From Phoronis australis (lineage: Eukaryota > Animalia > Phoronida), in NCBI GenBank assembly GCA_002633005.1, contig NMRA01000440.1:14613-78612 (forward strand): 64,000 nt of DNA, in the 5' to 3' direction. Below the pieces are notes generated by a model. That model ran no database searches. It was given only the letters and a program-made list of their open reading frames with translations, and was not told the origin of the DNA. The position numbers and the translations under genes were made by a program. Every line of letters begins with the position of its first letter. The first letter of the stretch is position 1. Shown here in pieces: positions 52,030 through 64,000 of the stretch.

Positions 52030-54966
52030 ATGGCTGAGGAGAGTATTTATAACTTAATCCCAAGGGAGGAAGTGAAACCACCCAAACCAAAAAAGTGAGT
52101 ATTTATCTAAAAAAATTCGTGATGTGGTGAACATGTTCCCTGTTGAATTTCGATTATCTGGTGTCTAGCCTATGCGTGCTGGCCATAGGCCTAGTGATTA
52201 GGTGATAGGGATGATGTCTTCTTTTTCCTCGGTGTGTGTACGTTGTTGTGTCGCTAGATTATTGATTAAGTAAACGGCAGCCAAACTTTTGCATAGAGGG
52301 CTTGAAGCCCCTCAATTTATGAATTTGGTCAATATTGTTTAGTCTCGAGCCTACTACGCCTTCTACGGAGAATGGTCTTTAAAAATCTACATACATTCAT
52401 ACAACCTAAGAAATGGGGATGTCCTCACTGTTGCGGACTTCCATATCAAAAGGTTTAGCTCCAACTCTTTGTAGCAAAATATGTTCTGCCAAGATATGCA
52501 GTGCTCAGTGGACTGCAACTGGTAGTCGTAGAGTATTGGTTTAGTTTTGAGAGCGGGATATGCAACTATTGTATTTCCAAATTACAGTTGTATTTGAAAT
52601 TGTAATCTGCAACTAGCTCTTGAGCTGTTGTCTCACTCTTATATTTGTCTCTGACTGATTTCAAACAAATATTACGCTCTTCTATAAAAGTATCTTTGAG
52701 GTCACTTATTGAGAGTGGGTGCGATCTGTTACTTTAGCAGTTTAGGTTAAAAGTAGTGGAAAGCAATGGTGTCGTCATTTACCTATTTTGGTGATTGAGA
52801 TTTTGCGAAACAGCTGTTATCAACAACATGTGTTATTCAGTGAATGCTTGATTCTCATCATGGCAGCTGGGACGACATGGCCCAAAGTGTGTATTGCTGA
52901 TTTTAGAGTTTGACATGGTGCACCCCTAATGCAGATTTTAGTCACAACTAATATTTTAATGGCTTTGTTTACACTGTTTCATCTGTTTATAGGTATACAT
53001 CAACATTCCGAGAAACAGTAAAGCAAGAGAAAGCTGAGGGCAAGTTTGCCTACAAGACTCTTGGCCAGGCTAAAGTGCCAGTGCCAACAACAGATGAGTT
53101 CCTAAAGAAACGATCCGGGGAACCACAGCTACCAGAAAGTAAGTTTGGTTAGCTGCCTGCTAGTGAAAGAGTTAAAATTTCCCTCCTAAACAAACATTTA
53201 ATCATGCAATCACACAATATTCCCAACATTGTAACCACTACAACTGTCACCCTTGTCCCAGCGTTAGTAGCACAGGGTCATATGAGCACATATTAACCAA
53301 CTGGTCTGTGAAATCAACTGATTACAGCACAAATGTTTCCTGAGGCAAAGATACCTATCAGCAAGTCCCTATCAATGACACTATTAAGTTTCTTGTTAGT
53401 CTTTCTGTTTACTAAATGTCTTCATCATAATGCGCTAACTCAGTAAGCTCATCTGCAGAGCTCCCAAAGATATTCTTCTTTTTCCATCTGTTGTTGAACT
53501 AAAATAGTAATATCAACCATACAAGACCTAATATTACATACCACATCCGTCTACAACTTAGTCAAATCTTACCTTAATTTTACTCTCAAGTTTCCCTTTT
53601 TAAACCTGCTGACATCACAAAGTTAACTCCCGCCATATTGGATCTTAAAATGCTTGCAATTACTTGGAATGTTAAAGGTTTGTCATGACATATCTACTCT
53701 ACTATTCAGCTCAAACCTTATGTGCAGTTAAAATTTATTGCTAACATATAAGGATCGATGCTTCGATCATTTGTTGAAACCGGAAGAAGAAAACCAGTTC
53801 TGCATAAATAACTACAAGGTCTTGTTGCATTACTATGAATTATTAATTGAAGTAATTGGGAGATAATAGACCCCTCAGTAATGCCAATCATCAGCTCATC
53901 ACTGATAATTAAATGTACTGTTCCCATGTATCACTAAAATTTACTGTAAACAAGTTTTATAGGCCACCCTAAACATTTCAATGTTATACTTAATTTCTGA
54001 CAGATTCAGGATTTCCTTGCTTCCTTTACAGAAAAACCATTTAAGTATCCTGACGAAGATCGGAGACGTGCGCCAGTTCCTGCTAGGAATGATGTCCCAG
54101 TTCTTGGAATGAAGACAAACAAAAACTTCATCACAACAAATGCAGTGAACAACATAATGTCTGTACCAAAAGTGCCTGCAAAGAAATATGCTGACACCAG
54201 GGGGGGTGACACACATGCGCTTCCACCTTCCGGATTAGAACCTACATATGTCCACAAGAAGGTACATATTATGGAATTGTTATTGATCTGTGATGCGTGT
54301 GATAGAGACATAGCTGTGGTACCCTACTTTTGTGTATAGCCCCCTGTCAAAAAGTCACTCATTGTCAAAAGATGGGGCATTGCACTAACTTGTCATATTT
54401 TACCCTAACTCATTTTAAGGTGCCGTGTATAAAGCAAGTACACGGGAAGAAGGTGCCTGAAGATATGTTTGTCAAATGCTTCACTGCAAGATTACGAAAT
54501 TTCTCAATTTAAAATGTGTCGTTCTTTTGAAAATGTTCTTTTTCATCTAGTTTGTAGTAATGAGCCTTTACAAAGTTGTGATGCAATATTTTGTCTTGCC
54601 TTATTTAATAGCACACTTTAGTTGATGAAATTTTGCGTTCTTTTTTAGAATTTTGGCAAGACGCCAGTTTACCTTGTCAAGAGGCAAGAAGAAGTGAGGA
54701 AAGCTCAAGAAGAATACGACGCTTACGTAGCAGAACACTTCAGGCGAGGAGCCATGAAAGCATTGTCTGAGGGCGAGCGCCAACAGATTATTAATGGACT
54801 TAAGGAAAACTGGGAAGAACTACACCATCAGTATCAGGGACTTTCTGTTGTAATTGATACAGCACCCAAGAAATACCGGAAGGAAAGGATGGAAACAGAA
54901 ATGAAGCAATTGGAGCGTGATATCGAAATGATGGAAAAGCACAAAGTTATCTACATAGCAAATTAA
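52030..54966 (+). CDS. ENKUR: Enkurin. Exons 52030-52094, 52993-53138, 54032-54261, 54649-54966; 252 aa
   Basis: Phase-matched exons: MAEESIYNLIPREEVKPPKPKK|YTSTFRE...KTLGQAKVPVP..EFLKKR..EP.LPE...KNFITTNAVNNIMSVPKVP...LPPSGLEPTYVHKK|NFGKTPVYL...GLKENWEELHHQYQGLSVVIDTAPKKYRKERMETEMKQLERDIEMMEKHKVIYIAN*. AATAAA at ~55160 and ~55223. Confidence 0.96.
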
Positions 54967-55669
54967 TCGGGAAAGAGCATTTTGATCACCATACCTCATG
55001 CCATGATGTTAACATCCTTGCTCAGCACAGGACTGTCAACATGTAATTTTGTGTTTATTCATGGGAATTGCATACGGCACTTAAATCCTGAACTTTTAAT
55101 TTACTGTGTAAATAACTTAAGGTGTTCACACCTAAAATGTTTTAAAGAGCTTGTAAGATAATAAATGTAAAGTCGATATTTAGTTTTGTACATACTGTCA
55201 ATATTTAAACGTTGAGCTTGTCAATAAATTTTTTTGCATCAAATACTTTTTTACTGCTATAAGTTAAAAACTTGGTTCTAGCACACTGTGACCATCAGAA
55301 CTTAAATTATCCAGAATTGGGCAACGGTCACTGAAAGGTGGCCTGGATTTTGATGCCCGCGGTATTCAGTGGGGATGAACGGTTCTTAAAGTGCAAGTTG
55401 CCTGTGACTATTACCCAGATTTGTAAGTAAGTGCATCCCAGATAGTCTCCATAGTAACCACCATTTTGTCTGAACATCCTGGTCCTTGAAGATCATGTCA
55501 GTCCATGCAAAGTATGATTAAAACGCATTTGGTTCAAGGTGATTAACTTTTCCTGCCATAATCTTTGACCAAGTGAACATTTAAAGTTAAAGAACCTATA
55601 AACCATGTTCTGGTGTGAAAAAGTTTTCTTCCAAAACATTCAGTTGCAGTTAAGTACGTGATGCTACCA

Positions 55670-55801
55670 CCTTTCTCTCGCTGGTTCCCTGCATGTCACT
55701 AGGTGGTAGAGATCCTTTCTCTCGCTGCTTCCCTGCATGTCACTAGGTGGTAGAGATCCTTTCTCTTGCTGCTTCCCTGCATGTCACTAGGTGGTAGAGA
55801 T
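55670..55801. repeat. Minisatellite, 44-bp unit x3
   Basis: CCTTTCTCTCGCTGSTTCCCTGCATGTCACTAGGTGGTAGAGAT in tandem. Confidence 0.93.
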
Positions 55802-57049
55802 CACGCAGGTTTAAATTTACTCAAAGAAATTTTTTACACCGACATCTCTGACAGGCTGGTCAAATTCTCAACAGGTAGCACTTAACGCAAACAAACTGGC
55901 ATGACTGATGGAGGAAGTGAGACTTGGTTGTGCTCTGTTGTATAAATCGGTGCTTAATTCATGTTCAAGAAATGTGAATCCCAGAAAATTGTGATTGCGC
56001 CTTTTCGGAGTGCATCTTTCTACTGTTGCTGACTTTTGTTTACTTTGCTGTCCTGTATTCACACAGTATGAATAACAGACTGATTAAATTGGCCAGATGT
56101 GTGTGTATTGTACATGTGCTTCAAGCAAGCGGCTATTAAACATCACTGCAGAAATGCAATATGTCGCTGTTACGCCATTTGCATGACAAGGCTAAAAATC
56201 GTTCATAGTCCGCCATTTTCTTTCTTTGTTGTAAAGCTTAACCAATTTCTGCCGAGGTTACATCAACCAGTGATAAAGCAGGTGCTACTGAATGATACCT
56301 GCGTGTTATCTACATGAAGGGAACCAGCAAGCCACCTTTATTTGTCCTTTAGTGGAGTTTAGTATTCACTGTTGAACGCACACTGAAGAAGCTTACTGCT
56401 GTTATGGGGATTTTAAAGCTGCGTTTCACCTTGTTCAGCAGGGTAATGAAAATAGAACTGCGATAGGATTCGACTTCTGTTACCAACACACAAATTGAAA
56501 TCATCAGCAACTAGAGATAAAATGCTTCGGAATTTATTAGGGTTGGCCAACCTTTAGTTGTGAATTTAAAAATAACCCATGAAGACATTGCCTTGATTTG
56601 CCAGCTCATTTGGCAACTTACAATTCATGATTGGATGAGCAATGCAATGCTGGTTTGGTGAAGAATTGAACAAGTGAAAGTAAAAACAGCATACCCTTTC
56701 AAAATATGCACACGTAAACTTGACCTAGAACAGCAACATAAACAACGAGCTTTGCTTTAATATAAGGACAGCCTGAGTAGAATCATAATAAGAAGAAAGT
56801 AAGTTTTCCTAGGTTCCTTGAAACTCAACAATGGACACTAAAAGTAATATTCCTGATAACAGTACATTTATTTCATAAAACTGCACAATAACAATATTCA
56901 AATAGATGAAATATATTATATGTATGAATACAGATCTTAAACAATACACGGTAATTAGGTTGCTAACTTATTTTTTGTTGTGACTGAATAATTCAGATAT
57001 TCAACAAGAGCAATGCAGAGCATTGAAATGCGCCCACGAATGCACTGCA

Positions 57050-57860
57050 AATGGCGTGCTTCTAGGGTGTTTATTTTGATCATAAAAATGGCCACTGGAT
57101 GGTGCAAAATACTTCAAATCCATCAAAAACAGGTAAATGGCACCGTTTTTAACAGAAAGCTATTTACCACATTGCATGAAAATCCGTCAAGAAACTATTA
57201 GAGAAACAGAGCAAAACGGAGAAAATGAAATTGCCACTAGGGGGCAAAGAGTTCGTCGGATCCATCTGAAAGTTGTCGTCTTCTGTTGTCAACTTCATAT
57301 GAATACACGTGCTAAATTCAATAAAGATCCTGCAGAAGTCGTATCAGAAACAGCTAAGGGGGCAAAAAACAAAACTGCCACTAGGTGGCACCACAGCAAT
57401 TGAAGTCAGAAAAGCATCGTCAACCGTCCTATAAGTTCATAGTAAAAACATACATGCCACTTTTTACAATCATCCTTAGAGTGGTTTGGTTGATAGAGGA
57501 GCTGACGCCAAAAAACGGACTCAAAAATAGTAAAAATGGCCACTAGATGGAGCAAAATGCTCAAATACATCCGAAAAGGGAAAGATAGCATCAACTCATT
57601 AACACATGCCTATGTGCCAAGTTTCATAAAAATCAGTTGAGGACACTTGAAGATACAGAGGCAAACGTAAAAAAATAAAATTGCCACTAGGGGGCACAGT
57701 GGTATTCAGGTCGGTCTGAAACTCGTCGCCCTATGTCGTCAACCCCATAGGAACACATCTGCCAAATTTCAGTACGATCCTGGAAGGGGCTTAGGAGATC
57801 CAGACGCCCAGACAGAGATGACGGCAATATGCACCCACATTTAAATATGTGGGCGCATGA
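57050..57860. repeat. Interspersed repeat made of diverged ~145-bp subunits, each with a CTCF-like motif; related copies at ~59225-60260 (+) and ~27770-28010 (-)
   Basis: Recurring AAATGGCCACTAGRKGGC and CCAARTTTCATRAAAATC blocks. Confidence 0.7.
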
Positions 57861-58851
57861 AAATTCAACTAATAAGAAATTCACAATTCAAAAACGTCAC
57901 TTCAAATTTCGTCAAGTGCCAGCACCCACACAGTGAAGAACTAATAATTTACAGACAAAAGTTTAGGGAAGTGAACGTATAAAAACATACCGAACTACAG
58001 ACTCACAAAAAAATGTGTTAGAACTTAAACCTCCAAATTGTAAACAGTTTAGTATTAATCACCCTCACGTACCAATATACTGTTTGGTGTATACACAGAT
58101 CTAGAAAAAGAACAACAACACATGGAACTCTAAACTGTCACAAGAAAACTCACAAAAATGACCCAGAATGATTTTTACAGGATAACGCCACAACAGATCA
58201 ACATTCAAAATATAAAGTGCAGCAGCTACTAAGAATCCTATTCAGAAGTGAAATGTAAGAAAGTGTAACAAACAGCAAAGAAGGCAGACATGACAAACAA
58301 CAGTACAGCACAGTATGCGGTTACATATTAGTAGCACTTTAAATAAAAATAAAACATTTAATTCTGATGAAGATTGTACAGTGATCAAATAGATTTCACA
58401 CATTTTATTTCACAATGTTAAAAACTGTTGGTTGGTTATACTGCCCGTGGTTCATAAGTGACAAACTCAGATCTAGTTACCAAAACTTCAAATATGTAAA
58501 TGCATAACAGGAAAAAAGCACTGTAAAAATATTATTCAGATCACCAAAATTGCCACCAAACTTTCAATTTTAAACAGGTGTTTGTTGCGTAAGCACACAT
58601 CAAAAAAATTAGAACACTTCACTATCAACACTGCTTCTTTCATACTTTGATTAGACTTACAACTAATTAGACTTATTAGACAAATTAGACTTACAACTAA
58701 TATCTTCGTTACAATAGCAGAACAAAAAAGTAAACAGAGCACTACATAGCTAAGGTGGCAACAAAATATATCAGAAGAGATTGTGGAGTCTCTCAAAATT
58801 CTAGTCAACAAAAGAAATCAGGTGGGTTGCCTTGTGAGATTTCTTATGGCT

Positions 58852-60498
58852 CTAGATCTTGTCGTAGGTCGACTCAGCTTTGCATCCACTGAACAAAAAT
58901 AAACAACCATCCTGCAATGCAAGTAAGATTTAATGATAATTTATTTGCTAGGCAAAACATGGCAATTACACAATAAAAAGTATTAAGCAGAGTTTGAATA
59001 AAAACAGCAATGAGTTTCCATGGTGACATGTTTCATCACATTTCTCAGAAAATAATTCAATGAATTTTACCTCTGCTTGTTACTGTTGTCCGAGAACAGT
59101 GAATATTCACAGTGGAGCACATTGCCATTAAAACATGTTGTTGTTATTCAAACTTTAATGAGTAATAGTAATGTTCTTGTATCCACAGCATTCAATGAAG
59201 AGGAAATGAGGTCACGACTCCACTGCAAACAGTGTGCTTCTTAGGGGTGTTTATTAGTATCATAAAAATGGACATTAGATGGCACAGTTTACATTGAACC
59301 CATTCGAAAATTGGAAGGTGTTGTCCTCTCTCAATAACACTTGCCAAATTTCATGAAAATCTGTCAAAAGCTCCAAAGATACAAAGGCAAATGCAAAAAA
59401 AAAACAAATTGCCATTAGGATCCACAATGGCTGCCATTAGGATCCACAATGGCTGCCATTAGGATCCACAATGGCAGCCTAATTTGTCCATCTGTTGTCA
59501 AGTTAATAGGACTGCAGTTGCAAAGTTTCAAAAACATCTTGCAAGGAGTTTAGGAGAGTAATCGAACACATCCGAAAATCAACGTCAGTCTCGGTTTTCT
59601 TATCAGGAACACATCTCCCAATTTTAATAATGACCCTTCATGTGGTTTGGTGGATCAAGAGGTTGAGGTCAAAAACGTACTCGAAAATTTTTAAAATGAC
59701 CACTGGGTGGTGCAGAATATGCCAAATATGTCTGAAAAGGAGAAGGCGCCATCGTCTCCTTAACAGAAACCTATGACCAAAATTTTATAATAAAAATGGC
59801 CACTGTATGTTGAAACCAACCAAAAACTAGAGCATGTCATCATTCCTTTAACAGAAACAGAAACCTATTTACCAAATTTCATAAAAATCTGTCGAGACAC
59901 ATCAAAGAAACAGTGATACAATGAATTTGCCACTATGGGGCACACTGTTCGTCAGATCCTTCCAAAAGTCGTCGTCTGTTGTCAACTTGATATAAATACA
60001 GCTGCCACATTTTAGAAAGATTCTGCAGAGATTAAGGAGATGTAGCCATGGATGCAAATAACAAAACTACAGCTAGAAAGAGTCACAGTACTCAAAATTG
60101 TACAAAAATCATCATCAGCCTTCCTCTTCGCAGTAGCAACATATATGCCAATTTTCACAACCATCCTTTGAGCGGTTTGGTTGATAGAGGGGAAGACATC
60201 AATAAACAGACTTGAAAATAGGAAAAATGATGGTAAAAATTTCACTAGTTTCAAAATCATATGTGCCCAAAAATTTGAAGCAAAAATTTCTAAGAGTCAA
60301 GAAATTGACAAGGTTTCATCACACCACTGTAGTCCCAGACTAGTAATGAGATATAGACAATAAGCACTAACCCGTATAAGGAAGGGTAAGTCGGACCAAA
60401 ACTCATAGTGAGGGAACACTTCTGGGCACTGTGCATTACGTGCAAACTTCATGTACAGTAATCCGACCAGGAGATAGACACAGCTAAAGATGAAGAAT
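58852..60498 (-). CDS. Cation-dependent mannose-6-phosphate receptor/ATG27-like membrane protein, last two coding exons (60372-60498, 58852-58911); earlier exons not found in the window
   Basis: Spliced peptide FFIFSCVYLLVGLLYMKFARNAQCPEVFPHYEFWSDLPFLIR|DGCLFLFSGCKAESTYDKI*. It has a TM helix, the family P..EFW..LP.LI.DG motif and a terminal YxxI sorting signal. Confidence 0.8.
59410..59475. repeat. 22-bp tandem repeat x3
   Basis: TGCCATTAGGATCCACAATGGC repeated. Confidence 0.9.
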
Positions 60499-60707
60499 CT
60501 ACAATGAAAAGTCAAGTACAGTATTAACTAAAAGGCCGACACAGCTAAAAAAACAGCAACAGCATATATTTAGAATAATCTATCTCAATAACATTTATAA
60601 AGGAAATGATGAATAAAAAAGTTCAACATTTTTTTTAAAAACGCATGCAATGTAACAGAAAATAATTCTGGTAAAGAGTGAGCAAGCAGCAACCACTCAA
60701 TGTGCTT

Positions 60708-61083
60708 TAGTGTTTAAATGTGACAAGTGGACTGCATCACTTGGTCTATAGTGTTTACATGTGACAAGTGGACTGCATCACTTGGTGTATAGTGTTTACA
60801 TGTGACAAGTGGACAGCATCACTTGGTGTATAGTGTTTACATGTGACAAGTGGACTGCATCACTTGGTCTATAGTGTTTATATGTGACAAGTGCACTGCA
60901 TCACTTGGTCTACAGTGTTTACATGTGACAAGTGGACTGCATCACTTGGTCTATAGTGTTTATATGTGACAAGTGGACTGCATCATTTGGTCTATAGTGT
61001 TTACATGTGACAAGTGGGCTGCATTACTCGGTCTAGAGTGTTTACATGTGACAAATGGACTGCATCAGTTGGTTTAGAGTGTT
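60708..61083. repeat. Minisatellite, 41-bp unit x~9
   Basis: TAGTGTTTACATGTGACAAGTGGACTGCATCACTTGGTCTA head-to-tail with point variants and no unique spacers. Confidence 0.95.
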
Positions 61084-62230
61084 ACTATCTGTTTACTAGT
61101 GTTTATAATTAACTACTACAGTAAAGTGATCTCTACAGATCGTATATCTAAGCTGAGAGCTGCCTTGGATACCTGACATCCCAAAATCCTTTGTGCATAT
61201 AACATCACACTGAATCCATTAACAGCGCAATTGTTATCAAGCTAAAACTTTCAACAGAAGTCAAAAGGCATGACAAGGATTTCATTGCAAATATCTGGCT
61301 GCTTTAATAAACAAAGAAACACAGAATATTACGAATCTGTACATGTGCTGACCATGCATAGAAAATGAATGATTTACCAAATGTATTAGGTCTCACAGCT
61401 GCAGCATTTCAGAAGACAAAACTTGATTATTCACTTCGTAATTTATAGTAACAATACTACTTAAAAGTATAATAGATAAATTACAATTGAGCCATAGAGC
61501 AACACCAAACCTCTAAACAACGTGGTTCTGCAATATGAATGTTGAGATAAATATCACTTCCTAATTCAAAGACAAGTTTCTAATGAATCTCTGGTTGAGT
61601 AGCTCTTGAACACCTTTGAAAAGGTCATCGGAGAGCTACTAGAGTGTTAGATAAGCCAACTCAGTTGTTCACATTCTGTTAGAGATTCATACACAGCTAA
61701 CCCAACATATGGACTTCAACTATTCTGATCCATCGTTTAGTTGCCAACACTTGTGCCATTTACCATCACACTTGTCAGCATTTAGAAACATCGATGTCCA
61801 CTACCAACTTTATACTCACATAATTAGCAGAACTGACCCCCCAGAGAGTCCACCAGACGGGCGAGCAGCGCATGTGAACATTGAAGTTAGTCTTAAGTGC
61901 TGCAAAGAAACAGTTTTGTTTTAATAACATTGTGAGTGGAGATTCAGTCACATTAAAATAAAATAAATGCCATTGGTATAACATAAAAAAGCTGGGTGCA
62001 AAATAGTTCATTTACAATACAATACGATACAATACAAAAGACAATAAAAACATCTGTGGTTTTGTTTTTCTTGCGTAGTTGACTGACATAACTCATGGTT
62101 GCCATATTTTCTACTTTATAGACAGAGGTAGGTTATTTCAGTCTCAGTATTTAGTAAAACAAATCTTCAGTTCAACCAAACTATAAACTTTAACTACTAT
62201 GTAAGAATATAGTCTGACAGTATTTTTACT

Positions 62231-62968
62231 TGTATTGTTTTGTTTTGTTATTCAGTTTGATTGGCATGACCCCTGAGTTAAGTACAATGATGATGTAATT
62301 TGCTTACTACACAATAGTATGAAACTTTCCAGTAGACTGAGTTCAGTAGTGATGATGTAATTTGTTTACTACAGTATAGTGTGGAACTTTCTAGAAGACT
62401 CTGGCATGACAGTGATTAATGCAGTCTGGAATATTCTAGAGACTAGTACATGTTTGTAGAATGGTTAGGTAGATTCAGAAAAGTTCTAGAATGTGCTTGA
62501 ATTGATGTAAAGTTCCAGAACAATGCATTAGGCTATAAATACACAAGCACGGGTTTGTGTTAGTCAGATCAAGTCCGTTCAAGAGAGATCATGTCAGTTC
62601 AAGAGGAGATCAAGTCAGTTCGAGAAAGTTAATCAGGAGAATTACAGTTGAGTTGCAGTGAAGAGAATCAGCAGTTACAGCGATAGTCAATAGAGAGCCA
62701 GCAATAGAGACAGCAGGTTATTGAATCAACGAGTGTAACAGTTGCTGAACGTGTCTCAGAAGTTCATTACAAGTCTAGGCTTCGCAGCATTGGCTGGAGC
62801 ATAAACAGACATCATGACGGACGTTTTGTTTGAGTAGGCTTGTGAACGTACGGTCGGGATTAATAAAGGATTAACTCGAACCAGTCTTCAGTCTATCGTC
62901 GCACCGAAAGCTATTAGCACTGGTCTGTAACAACCTGTGCTCACCCACACACGGGGAAAAATGTGACA
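62231..62968 (+). mobile_element. Probable solo LTR (738 bp)
   Basis: TGT...ACA termini flanked by TACT on both sides; internal TATA-like CTATAAATA (~62533) and AATAAA (~62863). Confidence 0.6.
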
Positions 62969-64000
62969 TACTAATATTAATAAAATCGAGATTTTTCAAC
63001 TTCAGTATGTTTCGATGTCTCAAACATCAATCTAATTTTGCTCATGCAATCTGGTAATGTCATAATTGATCCCCGTCACTTCAACAAGATTAGGTGACAA
63101 GTGACCTCAAATATTCCTAAGGAGGAATCACAGCCAAGTGTTCAACGGCCAATTCTCGGAATATCTCATAGCCCTCTCGGATTCTGCAATATTTACCCAC
63201 AATGGTTCACATCCACGGGGCACTACACCAGCAGTTGTACCCTGTTGCCATGCTGATCACCAATGTACAAATATGGACAGATACCACATGTAATATCAGG
63301 TCATTTGAACAGAGGAAGAGTAATATTGCCCAAGGGTCGATATGATTAGACACGTCCGAGTCATCAGTATATATTTTTGTTTCATTACATGACCACTGAC
63401 GCCTGTTCCCTCTGATTTTACCATCATTGACACACTGATATTGTCTGCTCACTCCGTGGTCTATAGCATCTGATTGGTCAGATAGCAAAAAGTGAAACCT
63501 GGTATCCAGAATGTATGAATGAATGGGGATATTTTGTACTAAGTTGGTAAAAAATTATGCTACATCAGAAGTTGTTGTACCATGTTTCAGCCAGTCAGAG
63601 GACAGAAGTACCAGTAGTCATGTAATAACTTGCATTGAGATTAGTTCACCATTTGTCAGTTTGATGGCAATCCAATTTTGTTTTGAGTTGCAATGTGAAA
63701 AAAATGACAAACCAAGTGAAGTGTAATGGCAATCGGTTCCTGGTCAGAAAAGGCTCAGCAGTGCAACATTATCTTTCAAAAACTAGATCAATCACACAAT
63801 GTAGTTTTGTTAGAGCATATATTAGGAAGAGTTGTAGCCTGAACAAAATTATTTTTTCCTATTTTGCCTTGGCTACTTGCACGTTGCATTTCTTTGGTGT
63901 TTCAATTTTATTTTAGGAGACATCAGAAGGCGGTCTTCAAATTGATAGATCAATTCAGATACCTAGTTCTGATTGTAACAAGAGTACAACACAATTACTA

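Noticed and set aside
60708-61083. 41-bp repeat array as a CRISPR array
   Set aside because: Units are contiguous with no unique spacers, the context is eukaryotic and there are no cas genes; it is a minisatellite. The same applies to 26884-27071 and 55670-55801.
63207-63488. 93-aa minus-strand ORF as an upstream exon of the M6PR-like gene
   Set aside because: No MRH-like cysteine pattern or clear exon boundaries; left unassigned.

Overview
Eukaryotic, intron-rich metazoan DNA from a draft assembly (one 516-N gap and several single-N joins); an invertebrate, possibly a marine deuterostome (inference only). Spliced genes built by hand from GT-AG sites and phase-matched exons: the 3' end of a cytosolic sulfotransferase (+); a complete but divergent 3-hydroxyisobutyrate dehydrogenase-like gene (-) with no visible mitochondrial presequence; CCDC34 (+); a 658-aa ankyrin/Dpy-30/coiled-coil/ankyrin gene (-) nested inside the last CCDC34 intron; enkurin (+); and the 3' end of an M6PR/ATG27-like type I membrane protein (-). 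RFX X-box-like motifs lie near the 5' ends of four genes, suggesting a co-regulated motile-cilium/sperm cluster. Mobile DNA includes a decayed Gypsy LTR element (both LTRs, 4-bp TSD) with a nested Harbinger-type MITE, a solo LTR, a 5-bp-TSD MITE family (3 copies), a THAP-bearing DNA transposon relic, Penelope, L1/Tx1 and L2/CR1 fragments, a tRNA-derived SINE, several minisatellites and a repeat carrying an array of CTCF-like motifs.
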